Assembly (NCBI GenBank): GCA_963840935.1
Contig: CAWJAS010000001.1
Coordinates: 706,790-770,789 of the forward strand
Direction: 5' to 3'
Length of the DNA stretch: 64,000 nt
Origin: Candidatus Magasanikiibacteriota bacterium
GTDB lineage: Bacteria > Patescibacteriota > Patescibacteriia > Magasanikbacterales > GWA2-37-8
Positions 1 to 9,412 of this stretch are shown piece by piece (position 1 is the stretch's first letter; each line of letters begins with the position of its first letter). Both the position numbers and the translations under genes were made by a program. The notes beneath the pieces were generated by a model that ran no database searches, had not been told where the DNA came from, and worked only from the letters and a program-made list of their open reading frames with translations.

Positions 1-3000
1 GGTCGCTTTTTCTGTCGTGCCTTCATACAATAAGAATGAAGTGGAAGAAGAAGAACCAACTTGAGTGAAGTTCAATGTAGTAATATACACGTCTTCATTG
101 ACATCGGCTGTAACAGTGAATTTAATCACTTCTTCTTGAGTGCTCTGGCTACCAACAGTGCCGAGAGAAATTCCGGCGAAGACCGGTCTGGTCTTGCGGA
201 TTTGCATCTGTTCACCAACGATACCGCTTGTGGAAAGGTTCTTTGTTTCCTCAGAACCGGCTGAACCCTTGTATTTCAAGGATGTCAGTTCCGCGCGGAA
301 TGTGCTGGAGCTCTGGGCTGCTTCTGAAATCGGATTCAAGACGACTTTGACGATGACGGTTTCGTTTCCATTGGCCGGGACAATCAACGTGTTAGTGTCG
401 ATCTTCACGGTTGTGGAACCGCTCATCAAGAAATCTGTACCGATTAAAGTAGTACCCTTGTAGAGTTTAACAGCGGAGATTCTGGCGTCTGATGCCAAAG
501 TTGAAGAATTCACAATGGTCATTTCCGTAATATTGGAAAGATCATATTGAGAAGTCAAACGGAATTCAGCAACATTGTATTCAACACCGGTCTTGGCAAG
601 AATAATGCCGGAGTCCGGAGTATCAGAACCAGCTGCCACAGATAACACACCGCTTGCAATCACCGTATTGGTGACAGTGGCGGATGTAATACCTGTCAAA
701 CCGGATGTTTTACCCAAGCTATCCTGACCGTTGAAGGTCAACACAGTCTTCAAGGTGCCGGTTGAGGCAGTATCAAATGAAGCCCTAATTTCAAATGATT
801 TGATTACATCTTTCGGGATAACTACGCTCAAGCCACTGAATGTGGCACCGCTCGCGCCAAAATCGCGGGTGGTTCCAACTTGTGTTCCGTCAACATAAAT
901 CTTAGCATCATAAACGGAAGTATCAGCAACTTGTGAGCCGGCAGCGCTGTTAGCGCCGGCAGCGATTGAAGTAATGGTAACCTGATCACCAAGCGCTTTC
1001 ACATTGAATTTGCCCAAAACAACCTCAGTGGTGCCTTGAACAACATTGCGCGGGTCAGTATAACCATCATTGCGAGCGATAGATAAACCGGCACCCTGGA
1101 TTGACACGATTGCACCAATCGGACTGCCGTTAATTTCGCTGGCTTCAACGCTATTGCCGGAAGAAACGTATTCCGGGTTTTCGCCATCAAGGAAGCTGGT
1201 GCCTACGACTTTGAACTTAACGTTCGCGCCGGAGACAACATCGCTTGTTGATTTGGCATCAATGGTAACTTTCAACTCATTGTCGCCTTGGTTAAAGGTG
1301 ACTGAAGTTTCAAGTTCATAAGTGCCGGCGTTGGTATCCGCATCCGGATCAAATGAACCGAGCAAATAACCATTTAAGTACACTTTGGCATTCTGGAAGG
1401 ATGAGGTTACGCTTGAACCTTCCCAACCGATTCGAATACCATCGGCAGTAATCTTTTCATCGGCGCGAATGTTCGCGAGCAATGAAACGGTGCCGGATGT
1501 ACCCTTGATAACTTCGGCGTCAGCCGGTTGTGTGGTTTTCTTGGTAATTGAAATTGCGCCGGCTTCGATGTTAACATCTCCGGTGCCACCAAGATTGGTG
1601 ATAGCGGCGCCAAAACCGGTTGATTTTTCAATAATTGAAATGTCATCGGTCTTATTGACAATATAGCGCAAGCTCGGGAAAGAAGTATTTTCTTTTGCCA
1701 TGATATCGCCTTTTACTATAAAGTCAGCGCTGTCGCCTTTTTCAATTTCCAAACCACCGCCATTCAAAGTGAAAGTGATATATCTGCCATCAACCACGCC
1801 GTAAGAAGAAACTTTGGTTCCGGCTTTCTCCAAATATACATTGGACAAAATCTTCACCATGTCTTCTGTACCGTTATTGCGTAACATGATTGATTTAAAG
1901 ATTACATCTTTTGATGAAGTGGCTGTTTGAGTCACTGTAAATCGGCCCAATTCAGCTTCGGTATCTCCAACCTTCGGAGATGTGGTAGCTGTATTGATCA
2001 AAACTGAAGCTGTCGCCACATTGTAATCGGCGAAAGACATCAAGTTGCCCATAACCGGGAAAGAACCGGCTACAGTTGTACCACCTGTGGAAACCGCGGT
2101 AGCGGCAGCAATGCCCAAAGCGGCATTACCGGCACCATCATTCAATGAGGCAACGATTTCTAAAGTGACTGAAGTTCCGGCCGGGATGTTCAAAACAGGA
2201 GAGAAAGTCAAGTTGACTTCATCTGAGCTGTTCATGCTGGATTGAGAAGAGACGCGAGCGCCATCTTTTTCCATCCAAACCTTGCCGGAAGTACCAGCGA
2301 ACACAGTGTAAAGACTCAAACCTGTTCTTTTAACAGTGATAGCATCGACATTAATCGCGCTGTCTGTACCGGCTGTCAAAACAACCTGGGTAAACGGAAC
2401 GCGAGTACCATTCTTCGGCACGCTCATGGCGGCCGGAGTTGTCGCGGCTAAAGCGACTGTTAAAGTACCTTGTGCTGTCGGGGTTGTGGTAATACCACCG
2501 CTCTGTGTTTTGTCAGTAATTGACGGAACTGCGGAAGTAATAGCATCACCAGTGGTAAATCCCGCGATGGCGGAAGCAGGCACGGCGCGAACAAATTTCT
2601 CTTGGAAACCGTTGGCGGTAAAGCCGGTAGCGGTAACTTCGCGAAGTTTGCTGTCTTGGTCAAGTAACCAAGTGGTGCTTTCACCAACAACCTGGAAGAG
2701 GAAGCCCGGGTGGACTTTAACTTCGGTAATCGGGGTGCCATTATTCACGTAATGTGGCCAGAAAACATCTGACACAGTCATTACTTTTGTGCCAACACCA
2801 TCGGCATAGACGGAAGTACCATAAAGAATGTTAGCTACTTCCGCTGTGATTGTGGCTTTGGTGTTGTTCGGTTCAACAACATAAAGCTGGTCCGAAGACG
2901 GTCGCTTAATGAGGTATGAACCCGGGTGATAGCTCACCGCGCCAGGATAATTTGACGGCACTGAAAGTGAATCAAAACATTCCTGGGTGATGGAGATGTA

Positions 3001-3243
3001 ACCACCATAGGTCGGTCTCCATGATTTGAACTCATCACCGGAAGGGAAATACAAAACTTTGAGGTCGCTGCGGATCGCGTAGATCGCGGCCTTGCCAGTA
3101 ACTTTAATCATATCGCCGGCAGCCAAGGTCGGACAAACCGCGCCTTGAGCCACTGTCGGGATTAAAGCGGCAACACCCACTGACCATAAAATGGTAGCGG
3201 CAACAACGCCATAGCTGAAAGTTCTTTTGATAACGTTGTACAT
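1..3243 (-). CDS. Large secreted cell-surface protein. N-terminus with signal peptide is in the window (ATG at 3243). The C-terminus runs off the left edge. It has repetitive beta-rich Ig-like/adhesin-like modules and is S-layer-like.
   Basis: My own translation of the minus strand from 3243 gives MYNVIKRTFSYGVVAATILWSVGVAALIPTVAQG..., a classic signal peptide. There is one continuous open frame of more than 1,080 codons to position 1. The composition is Thr/Ser/Gly/Val-rich and repetitive. The ORF track shows only short spurious ORFs here because the true ORF is open-ended. It lies downstream of the ECF sigma / anti-sigma pair. Confidence 0.6.
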   Translation of the reverse strand, partial: MYNVIKRTFSYGVVAATILWSVGVAALIPTVAQGAVCPTLAAGDMIKVTGKAAIYAIRSDLKVLYFPSGDEFKSWRPTYGGYISITQECFDSLSVPSNYPGAVSYHPGSYLIKRPSSDQLYVVEPNNTKATITAEVANILYGTSVYADGVGTKVMTVSDVFWPHYVNNGTPITEVKVHPGFLFQVVGESTTWLLDQDSKLREVTATGFTANGFQEKFVRAVPASAIAGFTTGDAITSAVPSITDKTQSGGITTTPTAQGTLTVALAATTPAAMSVPKNGTRVPFTQVVLTAGTDSAINVDAITVKRTGLSLYTVFAGTSGKVWMEKDGARVSSQSSMNSSDEVNLTFSPVLNIPAGTSVTLEIVASLNDGAGNAALGIAAATAVSTGGTTVAGSFPVMGNLMSFADYNVATASVLINTATTSPKVGDTEAELGRFTVTQTATSSKDVIFKSIMLRNNGTEDMVKILSNVYLEKAGTKVSSYGVVDGRYITFTLNGGGLEIEKGDSADFIVKGDIMAKENTSFPSLRYIVNKTDDISIIEKSTGFGAAITNLGGTGDVNIEAGAISITKKTTQPADAEVIKGTSGTVSLLANIRADEKITADGIRIGWEGSSVTSSFQNAKVYLNGYLLGSFDPDADTNAGTYELETSVTFNQGDNELKVTIDAKSTSDVVSGANVKFKVVGTSFLDGENPEYVSSGNSVEASEINGSPIGAIVSIQGAGLSIARNDGYTDPRNVVQGTTEVVLGKFNVKALGDQVTITSIAAGANSAAGSQVADTSVYDAKIYVDGTQVGTTRDFGASGATFSGLSVVIPKDVIKSFEIRASFDTASTGTLKTVLTFNGQDSLGKTSGLTGITSATVTNTVIASGVLSVAAGSDTPDSGIILAKTGVEYNVAEFRLTSQYDLSNITEMTIVNSSTLASDARISAVKLYKGTTLIGTDFLMSGSTTVKIDTNTLIVPANGNETVIVKVVLNPISEAAQSSSTFRAELTSLKYKGSAGSEETKNLSTSGIVGEQMQIRKTRPVFAGISLGTVGSQSTQEEVIKFTVTADVNEDVYITTLNFTQVGSSSSTSFLLYEGTTEKAT

Positions 3244-3464
3244 AAATAAAAATATATATTACTCCCATATTGTTGCGCGTTCCGATAAATCGGAAAGTCA
3301 AAAGATGGGAATTTTCGCGAAAACTTTCGTTCTCGCTTCACAATAAGTCTATGCGAGGACCATATGGCCCCTCGACCTTTGCAAAGACCGAATAAACAAA
3401 ATATTCTCTCTCTGTTTTGCGCGCAAATTTAATTGCAGGCAAAACAGAAAACAATATTTGAATT

Positions 3465-4824
3465 TTATCTGGAACTGGTCGCCGTGGTACCGGTGGCCGT
3501 ACCGGCAGTTGCGCCGGTTGCTTTTTTATTATCATCAACAGTGGTCACAATAACCAATACCGATAATTTTTCAGATCCAGCGGTTTCAGTGGCGACGGTG
3601 GTGGTGGCTGTTACCAAAACCGTTGAACTGGCAGATGATTGCGCGACTATGGCTGTCGCCTCTCTCAATTGATTTCTGGCCGTGGAAACAACGGAATTTG
3701 ATAAAATAGTTTGCGCCGCGCCAATGGCGTCATCCTGCAATTTATTTATTTCTTTGGATTTTTCTGAAACATATTTTATTAAATCCATCACCCCGGTCAA
3801 ATCATCGTTTTCGATTTTTTCTTTTATTTCCAAAAGTTTTTTATCAAATAATTCAACCGCTTCATTTGTTTTAGCCAATATCTGTTCGATATTTAATTTT
3901 GCCTGAGCGACTATTTCTGATGTTGACGCGTTAGATTTTATTTGTTCTGAGGCCGCTTCAACGGAAACACTAACCACGGTTGCCACACTTTCCACGTTTT
4001 GTTTGGTTTTGGCAACTTCATCAATTGAATTTTTAATAATTTGGTCAATGGCGGAGAGAACTTCGTTTTTATGAACCTTGCCAATTAAATAATTTGAAAC
4101 CAAAACTTCCATCGCTTTTATTGATGTGTCTTTGGAAAGTTCCGTGGCCTCGATAATTTTGTTGGAAATTATTTTTATTTCTTCCGAATTCCGAGGCGTT
4201 TAGTTCGTCTTTTACTTCTTTGAGAAGATTGCTTATTTGTTCGGTATTTTTTTGGACTTCTTTTGCCATTTCCGCTGTGCCATCGGTTTGAGCAGTAATT
4301 AATTTATCCAGCTTATCATTGGCTGAATTTATTTCTTCGGTTAAATCCGCCACTACTGAAGCCACTCTTTTTTGAACCTCCGGGTCGGTGCTCTTTATAA
4401 CTGTTTTGATTTCATCGGCACGACGCTTGGCAAATTCGCTGTGCAATCTGGCTTCTGTCTTTTTTGCTCCGATTATGGCGGCGGTGACCAATTGGGTTTT
4501 TTCTACCACTCGTTTGGCAGGATATAACCAATCACCCGGAAGCGAACGATATGAAGCATCCACTGTGGCAATCCAACCGCTGGTTCCAACCATAGCGACA
4601 ACCAGTAAAACCGCGACCGGACGAACCACGCCAAAAACAAATCTTTTTGGTAAAAAAATTGACATGCCGAGCCAAACATTGTTCCAAGCATTCGGTTTTT
4701 CACTTTTTACGGTATTGGAAATTTGGGATACCAAACGCGCCCGATCGGCCTTGAGCCACTCGGGTCTTGGAGTCACTTCGGACTGCTTAAGATTTTTCAG
4801 TTGTTTGATTATTTCCCGCGACAT
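3465..4824 (-). pseudogene. Anti-sigma-factor-like membrane protein (DUF5667-like coiled-coil ectodomain). It is split into two ORFs (4069..4824 and 3465..4112) by a +1 frameshift near 4195-4215.
   Basis: The N-terminal piece has a cytoplasmic segment, a TM helix (VAVLLVVAMVGTSGWIATV) and a long K/E-rich helix. Its last about 35 residues are junk (FGRNKNNFQQNYRGHGT...). The downstream ORF continues the same coiled-coil in the +1 frame (EEIKIISNKIIEATELSKDTSIKAMEVLV...). It sits directly downstream of the ECF sigma factor, overlapping it by 38 bp. Confidence 0.5.
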
Positions 4825-5380
4825 AATTATTTTGCGTAATTATTTTTAAGCGCTTCATCGCCCGGTGCAGAGTAACTCTGACCGCCACTTTGCCTTTGCC
4901 GACTATTTCGGCAATCTCATCAATGGTCAATTCATCAATATATTTTAAAGTAAGAATTTCTTGGTATTCCTGTTTTAATTTTTTGATTTGCGCGATTATT
5001 TTTTTTGCTTCTTCTGAAGCATGCAGTTTTTCAATTGCCATTCCGCTATCGCTCGGGTCGGACGCCTCGTCCAATTCAGAAAATAAAAGTGGACTCACTC
5101 GGACTGATTTGGCTCGATACATATCAATGATACAATTTCGCGCCACTCGATAAAGCAAGCCGCTAAAACTTTTTAATTCTTTACCTTCAGCCAAGTGATT
5201 CCAAACCTTCAAAAAAACTTCCGACGTAATATCTTCCGCTTCTTCATGTCCGGATACTTTAAAAAAAACGAACCGATAAATTCGTTGTACGTATAAATCA
5301 TAAAGCTCAGCGAAAGCTTCCGGATCCTGTTTTGACTGTAACCTATATAACAGTATTTTTTCCGATATTTTGCCTTTCAT
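4787..5380 (-). CDS. RNA polymerase sigma-70 family ECF sigma factor
   Basis: Region-2 and region-4 signatures are present (YDLYVQRIYRFVFFKVSGHEEAEDITSEVFLKVW, and LTIDEIAEIVGKGKVAVRVTLHRAMKRLK as the HTH). It is 197 aa. Confidence 0.85.
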   Translation of the reverse strand: MKGKISEKILLYRLQSKQDPEAFAELYDLYVQRIYRFVFFKVSGHEEAEDITSEVFLKVWNHLAEGKELKSFSGLLYRVARNCIIDMYRAKSVRVSPLLFSELDEASDPSDSGMAIEKLHASEEAKKIIAQIKKLKQEYQEILTLKYIDELTIDEIAEIVGKGKVAVRVTLHRAMKRLKIITQNNYVAGNNQTTEKS

Positions 5381-5645
5381 TTTAGAAGACGAAATAAATA
5401 GAAAAATGTTACACTTTTATAAATTTGGATATGTATACAAATCCTGTTCAACCGCTCTCTAACAAAAACGACCGGATTCAACCAGTCAGTATCATTAATG
5501 CATATAATGATAGCAACTGCGAGATTGCTTGTCAAATAATTACACATTGTAAATTTTTGACCAGTCACTCGCGAGCGACTGGTTTTAATTTATGAATGAT
5601 ATATTTAATTATTAACTAGTTAAATATTTTTATAGTTAACGAATA

Positions 5646-5669
5646 TTTGTATACACAAGTGTATACAAA
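5646..5669. promoter_or_regulatory. Operator-like inverted repeat TTTGTATACA-N4-TGTATACAAA (copy 1 of 3)
   Basis: A 10-bp inverted repeat with a 4-bp spacer (caag). Exact copies lie at 5715..5738 and 5830..5853. Confidence 0.5.
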
Positions 5670-5714
5670 TAGTGAAATTCTCGAATTTGCTAAAATTAGC
5701 CAAATCTTATTTTT

Positions 5715-5738
5715 TTTGTATACACAAGTGTATACAAA
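5715..5738. promoter_or_regulatory. Operator-like inverted repeat (copy 2 of 3)
   Basis: Identical 24-mer TTTGTATACACAAGTGTATACAAA. Confidence 0.5.
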
Positions 5739-5820
5739 AAATTATCGAATATACATATATAGCATTAAAAAGAGAAGCAGAAAAAAGCGACTGCTCAAGT
5801 ATTGACAAGAGGAAGGCAAA

Positions 5821-6180
5821 ATGATAGAGTTTGTATACACAAGTGTATACAAACTTATGCCTGTTGACCCAAAAAATCAAAAAAACGAAGGCAATTCAAA
5901 AGAGATAATCAGGTTATCGGTTTCTGAAGCCGCTAAATTATTTGGCGTCAATTCGCAAACAATCAGAAGGGCCATACAGGCGCAAGAAATCACATACGCT
6001 GTTGTGGCCGGAAGATACAAAATCAATTTTGAAAGTTTGGTAAAATGGTCGCAAAGGCACACCACAATCAAAAATAAAATGGCACAACGCGGAATCGGGC
6101 AATATGTGGAAAGGTGGAAAATCAAAAATCCGATGTATTCGCCAAATCCCAAATCAGTCAAAAAATCACCAAACAAATAA
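5821..6180 (+). CDS. Small helix-turn-helix DNA-binding protein (excisionase/MerR-like HTH_17 type). The true start is probably the ATG at 5857.
   Basis: SVSEAAKLFGVNSQTIRRAIQAQEITYAVVAGRYKINFESLVKW is an excisionase-type HTH. The first 12 codons of the listed ORF are the operator repeat itself, so a downstream start (MPVDPKNQ...) is more plausible. Confidence 0.6.
   Translation: MIEFVYTSVYKLMPVDPKNQKNEGNSKEIIRLSVSEAAKLFGVNSQTIRRAIQAQEITYAVVAGRYKINFESLVKWSQRHTTIKNKMAQRGIGQYVERWKIKNPMYSPNPKSVKKSPNK
5830..5853. promoter_or_regulatory. Operator-like inverted repeat (copy 3 of 3), overlapping the -10/+1 of a putative promoter (TTGACA 5802-5807, 17-nt spacer, TAGAGT 5825-5830)
   Basis: Identical 24-mer placed immediately after a sigma70-like -35/-10 pair and just upstream of or inside the 5' end of the HTH gene. 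This is a classic autorepression geometry. Confidence 0.45.
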
Positions 6181-6185
6181 TAATC

Positions 6186-6211
6186 GACTCCCCCTTTCGG
6201 GGAGTTTTTTG
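6186..6211 (+). terminator. Rho-independent terminator
   Basis: Stem gactcccc / ggggagtc with loop tttc, then a T6 run, right after the HTH gene stop. Confidence 0.7.
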
Positions 6212-6252
6212 TTGACCACAAGCCCTTGTTTGGAATATAATACAGATACAAT

Positions 6253-8002
6253 ATGCACAAAAAAATATATAAAGCGCTTCATAGGCACTACAAAAACAAA
6301 TATGAAGGCATATACAAAAATGCTAAAAAACTTTTTGTATTTGATTTAATTTTACTTGCCGGTTCTTTGATTCTTCTTGGCGCTTCTTTGTTCTTCTTTT
6401 TTTGGAAACCAACCATTGTGGACTTGGTTGATGTTAATTTTAGCGTACACGCGGAAAGAATCATGGCCGGAGACGAAATTAACATTTCAATTGATTACAA
6501 AAATAGAAGCAAACATAAATTGGAAGATGTTATTTTGGCCGTTCACTTACCAGCCGGCTTTTTAATTGACAGGCAAAAAACACCGGTCGAAATCTTTTCA
6601 TTGAATTCAACAGCCGACATCGGCTCGCTTGAAGCCGGAGCAACAGGTAAAATTGTTATTTATGGAAGATATTTTGCCGCTCCTTTAACAGACGAAAAAA
6701 TAACCGCCTATTTTTCGTATAGGCCGGAAGACAAAAAAAATAAGGAACAAAAAATTGCCGGCGCATATATAAAAACAGTCGGATCAAACCTGGCGATTGA
6801 AATAGGCTCACCAACTTCTTCTTTACCAGGATATAATGTGCCATTCACAATCACCCTCCAAAATAATGGGCTTTTACCCATGGAAAATATTAATGTCAAC
6901 GCGAATAATTTGGAGATTGTTTTTAATAAGCCCGAAATCAGCGAAAAATATTTCTATCGGCCCAAAGGAGCAGATAAAACTTTCCGGCACATTACGTGCG
7001 CCATCGACTGCTGGCGACTATTTGTTTTCTATTTTTGCCACCGCCATAATAAACAATACGCCGATTGTTATTGCGGAATTGCAAAAACAAATTCAATCAA
7101 TTTATCCAAAAATTAATAGCGGAATTAATCTTCAATTTGATAAACCTTATGCCGACGGTTCTGATACTATTCCCTTGCGAGTATATTGGAACAATTCCGG
7201 GGACCGCGAAGTGGCCGAACCTCGACTGCGGTTTGTGTTTACGCCGGGTGTGGTTGATTTAAGCGCAACGGCCAGAGAAAACAAATTAACAATTTCGGGA
7301 AACGAACTTATCGCCGATAAAAAAACCAGAACGTCTTTTTTTGACGGTTCACCCGGCGCTTCGGATGAATTTGTTATTAATCTAAAATTACTTCCATTTT
7401 TCAAAACCGACGGTCAAAAAACATTAGAGATAAAAGTAGTCGCCGAAGCGGTATTACCGGAAAATGTCGAACAAAAAATTACAACGGAAAGCTCGGAAAA
7501 AATATCAATTAATCTTGCCACGCAAATTAATTGGCATATTAAACCGGTCTATTACACGGACGAAGGCGATCAACTTGGCCGTGGCCCCCTGCCTCCGGTC
7601 GTCGGTGAAGAAACAAAATATTGGGTGTTTGTCGAAATAAATAACGGCCTTAATCCAATAGAAAATAATTATTTTAAGGCGGAACTTGGCGATGGAATAA
7701 AATTTACCGGCAAAGAAAGTGTTACAATTGGCTCCAAATTTACTTATAATAACGACAGCAATTCAGTATCATGGAGCCACCCATCTGTTCCGGCAAACAG
7801 TTCCGTTGGGTTATATTTTGAAGTAGTGGTAACACCAAACGCGTCGCAAGCGGGTAAAAATATAATATTAATAAAAAACGCGGAATATCGCGCCAAGGAC
7901 AGCGCTGTCAATAAGGAAATAAACCTAAAATACGGCCAAATCAACAACACACTCTCCAAAAGCGACCGCGGTTCTGAATACAAATCTCAAGTTCTGCCGT
8001 AA
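6253..8002 (+). CDS. Membrane-anchored cell-surface repeat-domain protein (DUF11/CARDB-like beta domains). It is interrupted by a frameshift in an A5 run at about 6944-6948, giving ORFs 6253..7116 and 6836..8002.
   Basis: N-terminal TM helix (LILLAGSLILLGASLFFFFW). Frame 1 is protein-like to ...FNKPEISEK, then junk with many Cys. Frame 2 is protein-like from ...SIGPKEQIKLSGTLRAPSTAGDYLF onward. The switch happens exactly at the homopolymer gcgAAAAAtat. Confidence 0.5.
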
Positions 8003-8060
8003 TCTCGCCTATCAAAAAAACCCCGGTTTCAACCGGGGTTTTTATTTATTAATTTTTAAT

Positions 8061-9233
8061 TTAGAAAAACTTTAATACCGAATAAATTGTCGCGACAATA
8101 AAAAATAAAATAACAGGTATGGCGACTAACCAAAAACTTTTTAAACCATACCTTCGGCCATCCAAATCCCCTTTTTTGCGCGCTTGATAACAAATCATCA
8201 CAACCATTAACGATTCAATGCCAATAAATAATCCGCCAACAAAATCAAGTACCGCCACAAAACTTCTGAATCCGAACAAAAATAATAGAATCGGAACTGT
8301 AACAACGGCAAAATCGGCAATATGCCTGCTTATTTTGTGGTCCCACATCAAAGATTGCTTCAAGGCTAACCCCATACCCATAAAACAAGTCGCCATGGCC
8401 ATCACAGCAAAGGAATTGGCAATTATCGCGAATGGACGGCCAAAAGCGTTGCCAAGCCCGATTGTGGCCACTTCGGTGGTGTTCAAGCCAAAATAGCCGA
8501 CCACAGCTAAAGAAAATAACACATAGACGGCTGTTGGTATCAAAGCGCCAATAATAATCGCTTTTTTAAATCGTTTCTCCGAACCCGGCAAAACAGCATG
8601 CGCTTCAGCTATTGATGGCGTGGCGTGTAAGGCGAACAAAATTACGCCGAATGGTAAAAAGAAATTACCAACCTCAATAAAATCAAAATTTATCGGTTTG
8701 ATATGAGGCAATAAAAACAAAGAAAGCCCAACAATCAAAATAATGACCGATAAGCTCAAAACTCGATCGACTTTTTTTATGGAATCAAGCCCTTGCCAAA
8801 TAAAAAAACTGCCTAATGACCAAAAAAACACGCTCCACCACATTGGCGCTCCGCCAAAAATGGCCGATAGTGCGTGCCCTTCACCGATAATATACGCAAG
8901 TAACGAACCAAATCCGGCAAATACAATAACAAAACTAAGCAAAATTTTTGCAAACCGGCCAAGATATTTGCCAGCCAAACCGGGTAGTTGAAAACTCTGT
9001 TTGGTTCGCACCACAATATCCCCAAGCATTAAATTAAGAAGCAATATTACCAACCCCCAAATTACTATAAGCAACAAGCCAATTACAAGACCGGAGCGAG
9101 CGATAACATAAGGCAAACCTAGAACACCGGCACCAATGGTCATTCCGGTGATCATAAACACAGCTTCACTAGTGCTGGCCGGTTTTTTAAAAATACCCTT
9201 GTGAGAAACTATGGGCTGATCTATTTTCATCAT
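8061..9233 (-). CDS. Amino-acid permease (APC-superfamily / aromatic-amino-acid-permease-like transporter), about 11 TM helices
   Basis: SEAVFMITGMTIGAGVLGLPYVIARSGL... is a typical N-terminal signature of amino-acid transporter family proteins. It is very hydrophobic and 390 aa long. Confidence 0.7.
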   Translation of the reverse strand: MMKIDQPIVSHKGIFKKPASTSEAVFMITGMTIGAGVLGLPYVIARSGLVIGLLLIVIWGLVILLLNLMLGDIVVRTKQSFQLPGLAGKYLGRFAKILLSFVIVFAGFGSLLAYIIGEGHALSAIFGGAPMWWSVFFWSLGSFFIWQGLDSIKKVDRVLSLSVIILIVGLSLFLLPHIKPINFDFIEVGNFFLPFGVILFALHATPSIAEAHAVLPGSEKRFKKAIIIGALIPTAVYVLFSLAVVGYFGLNTTEVATIGLGNAFGRPFAIIANSFAVMAMATCFMGMGLALKQSLMWDHKISRHIADFAVVTVPILLFLFGFRSFVAVLDFVGGLFIGIESLMVVMICYQARKKGDLDGRRYGLKSFWLVAIPVILFFIVATIYSVLKFF

Positions 9234-9412
9234 ATATTTATATGGACATATTATAGCATATTATTTGTATAAATCATTGTGTGTATGGCCATGCAATACT
9301 TTTGTTCTCGTGGCTACAACTATTTACCGCAATTATCAAAAAAAAAAGGCCCCCGGCGATATGTAATTATACCGCAAGGGGCAGAAAAAATGTGCTTTCA
9401 TCTGCTCTGGCC

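Noticed and set aside
1-2752. Short plus-strand and minus-strand ORFs (61..264, 140..463, 2336..2752 and others) listed in the first 3 kb
   Set aside because: They overlap the single long minus-strand frame that runs from the ATG at 3243 off the left edge. They are alternative-frame artefacts.
5400-5830. A CRISPR array, suggested by the repeated 24-mers
   Set aside because: There are only three copies with irregular 69-bp and 115-bp spacing. The repeat is an inverted-repeat operator-type motif and no cas genes are nearby.
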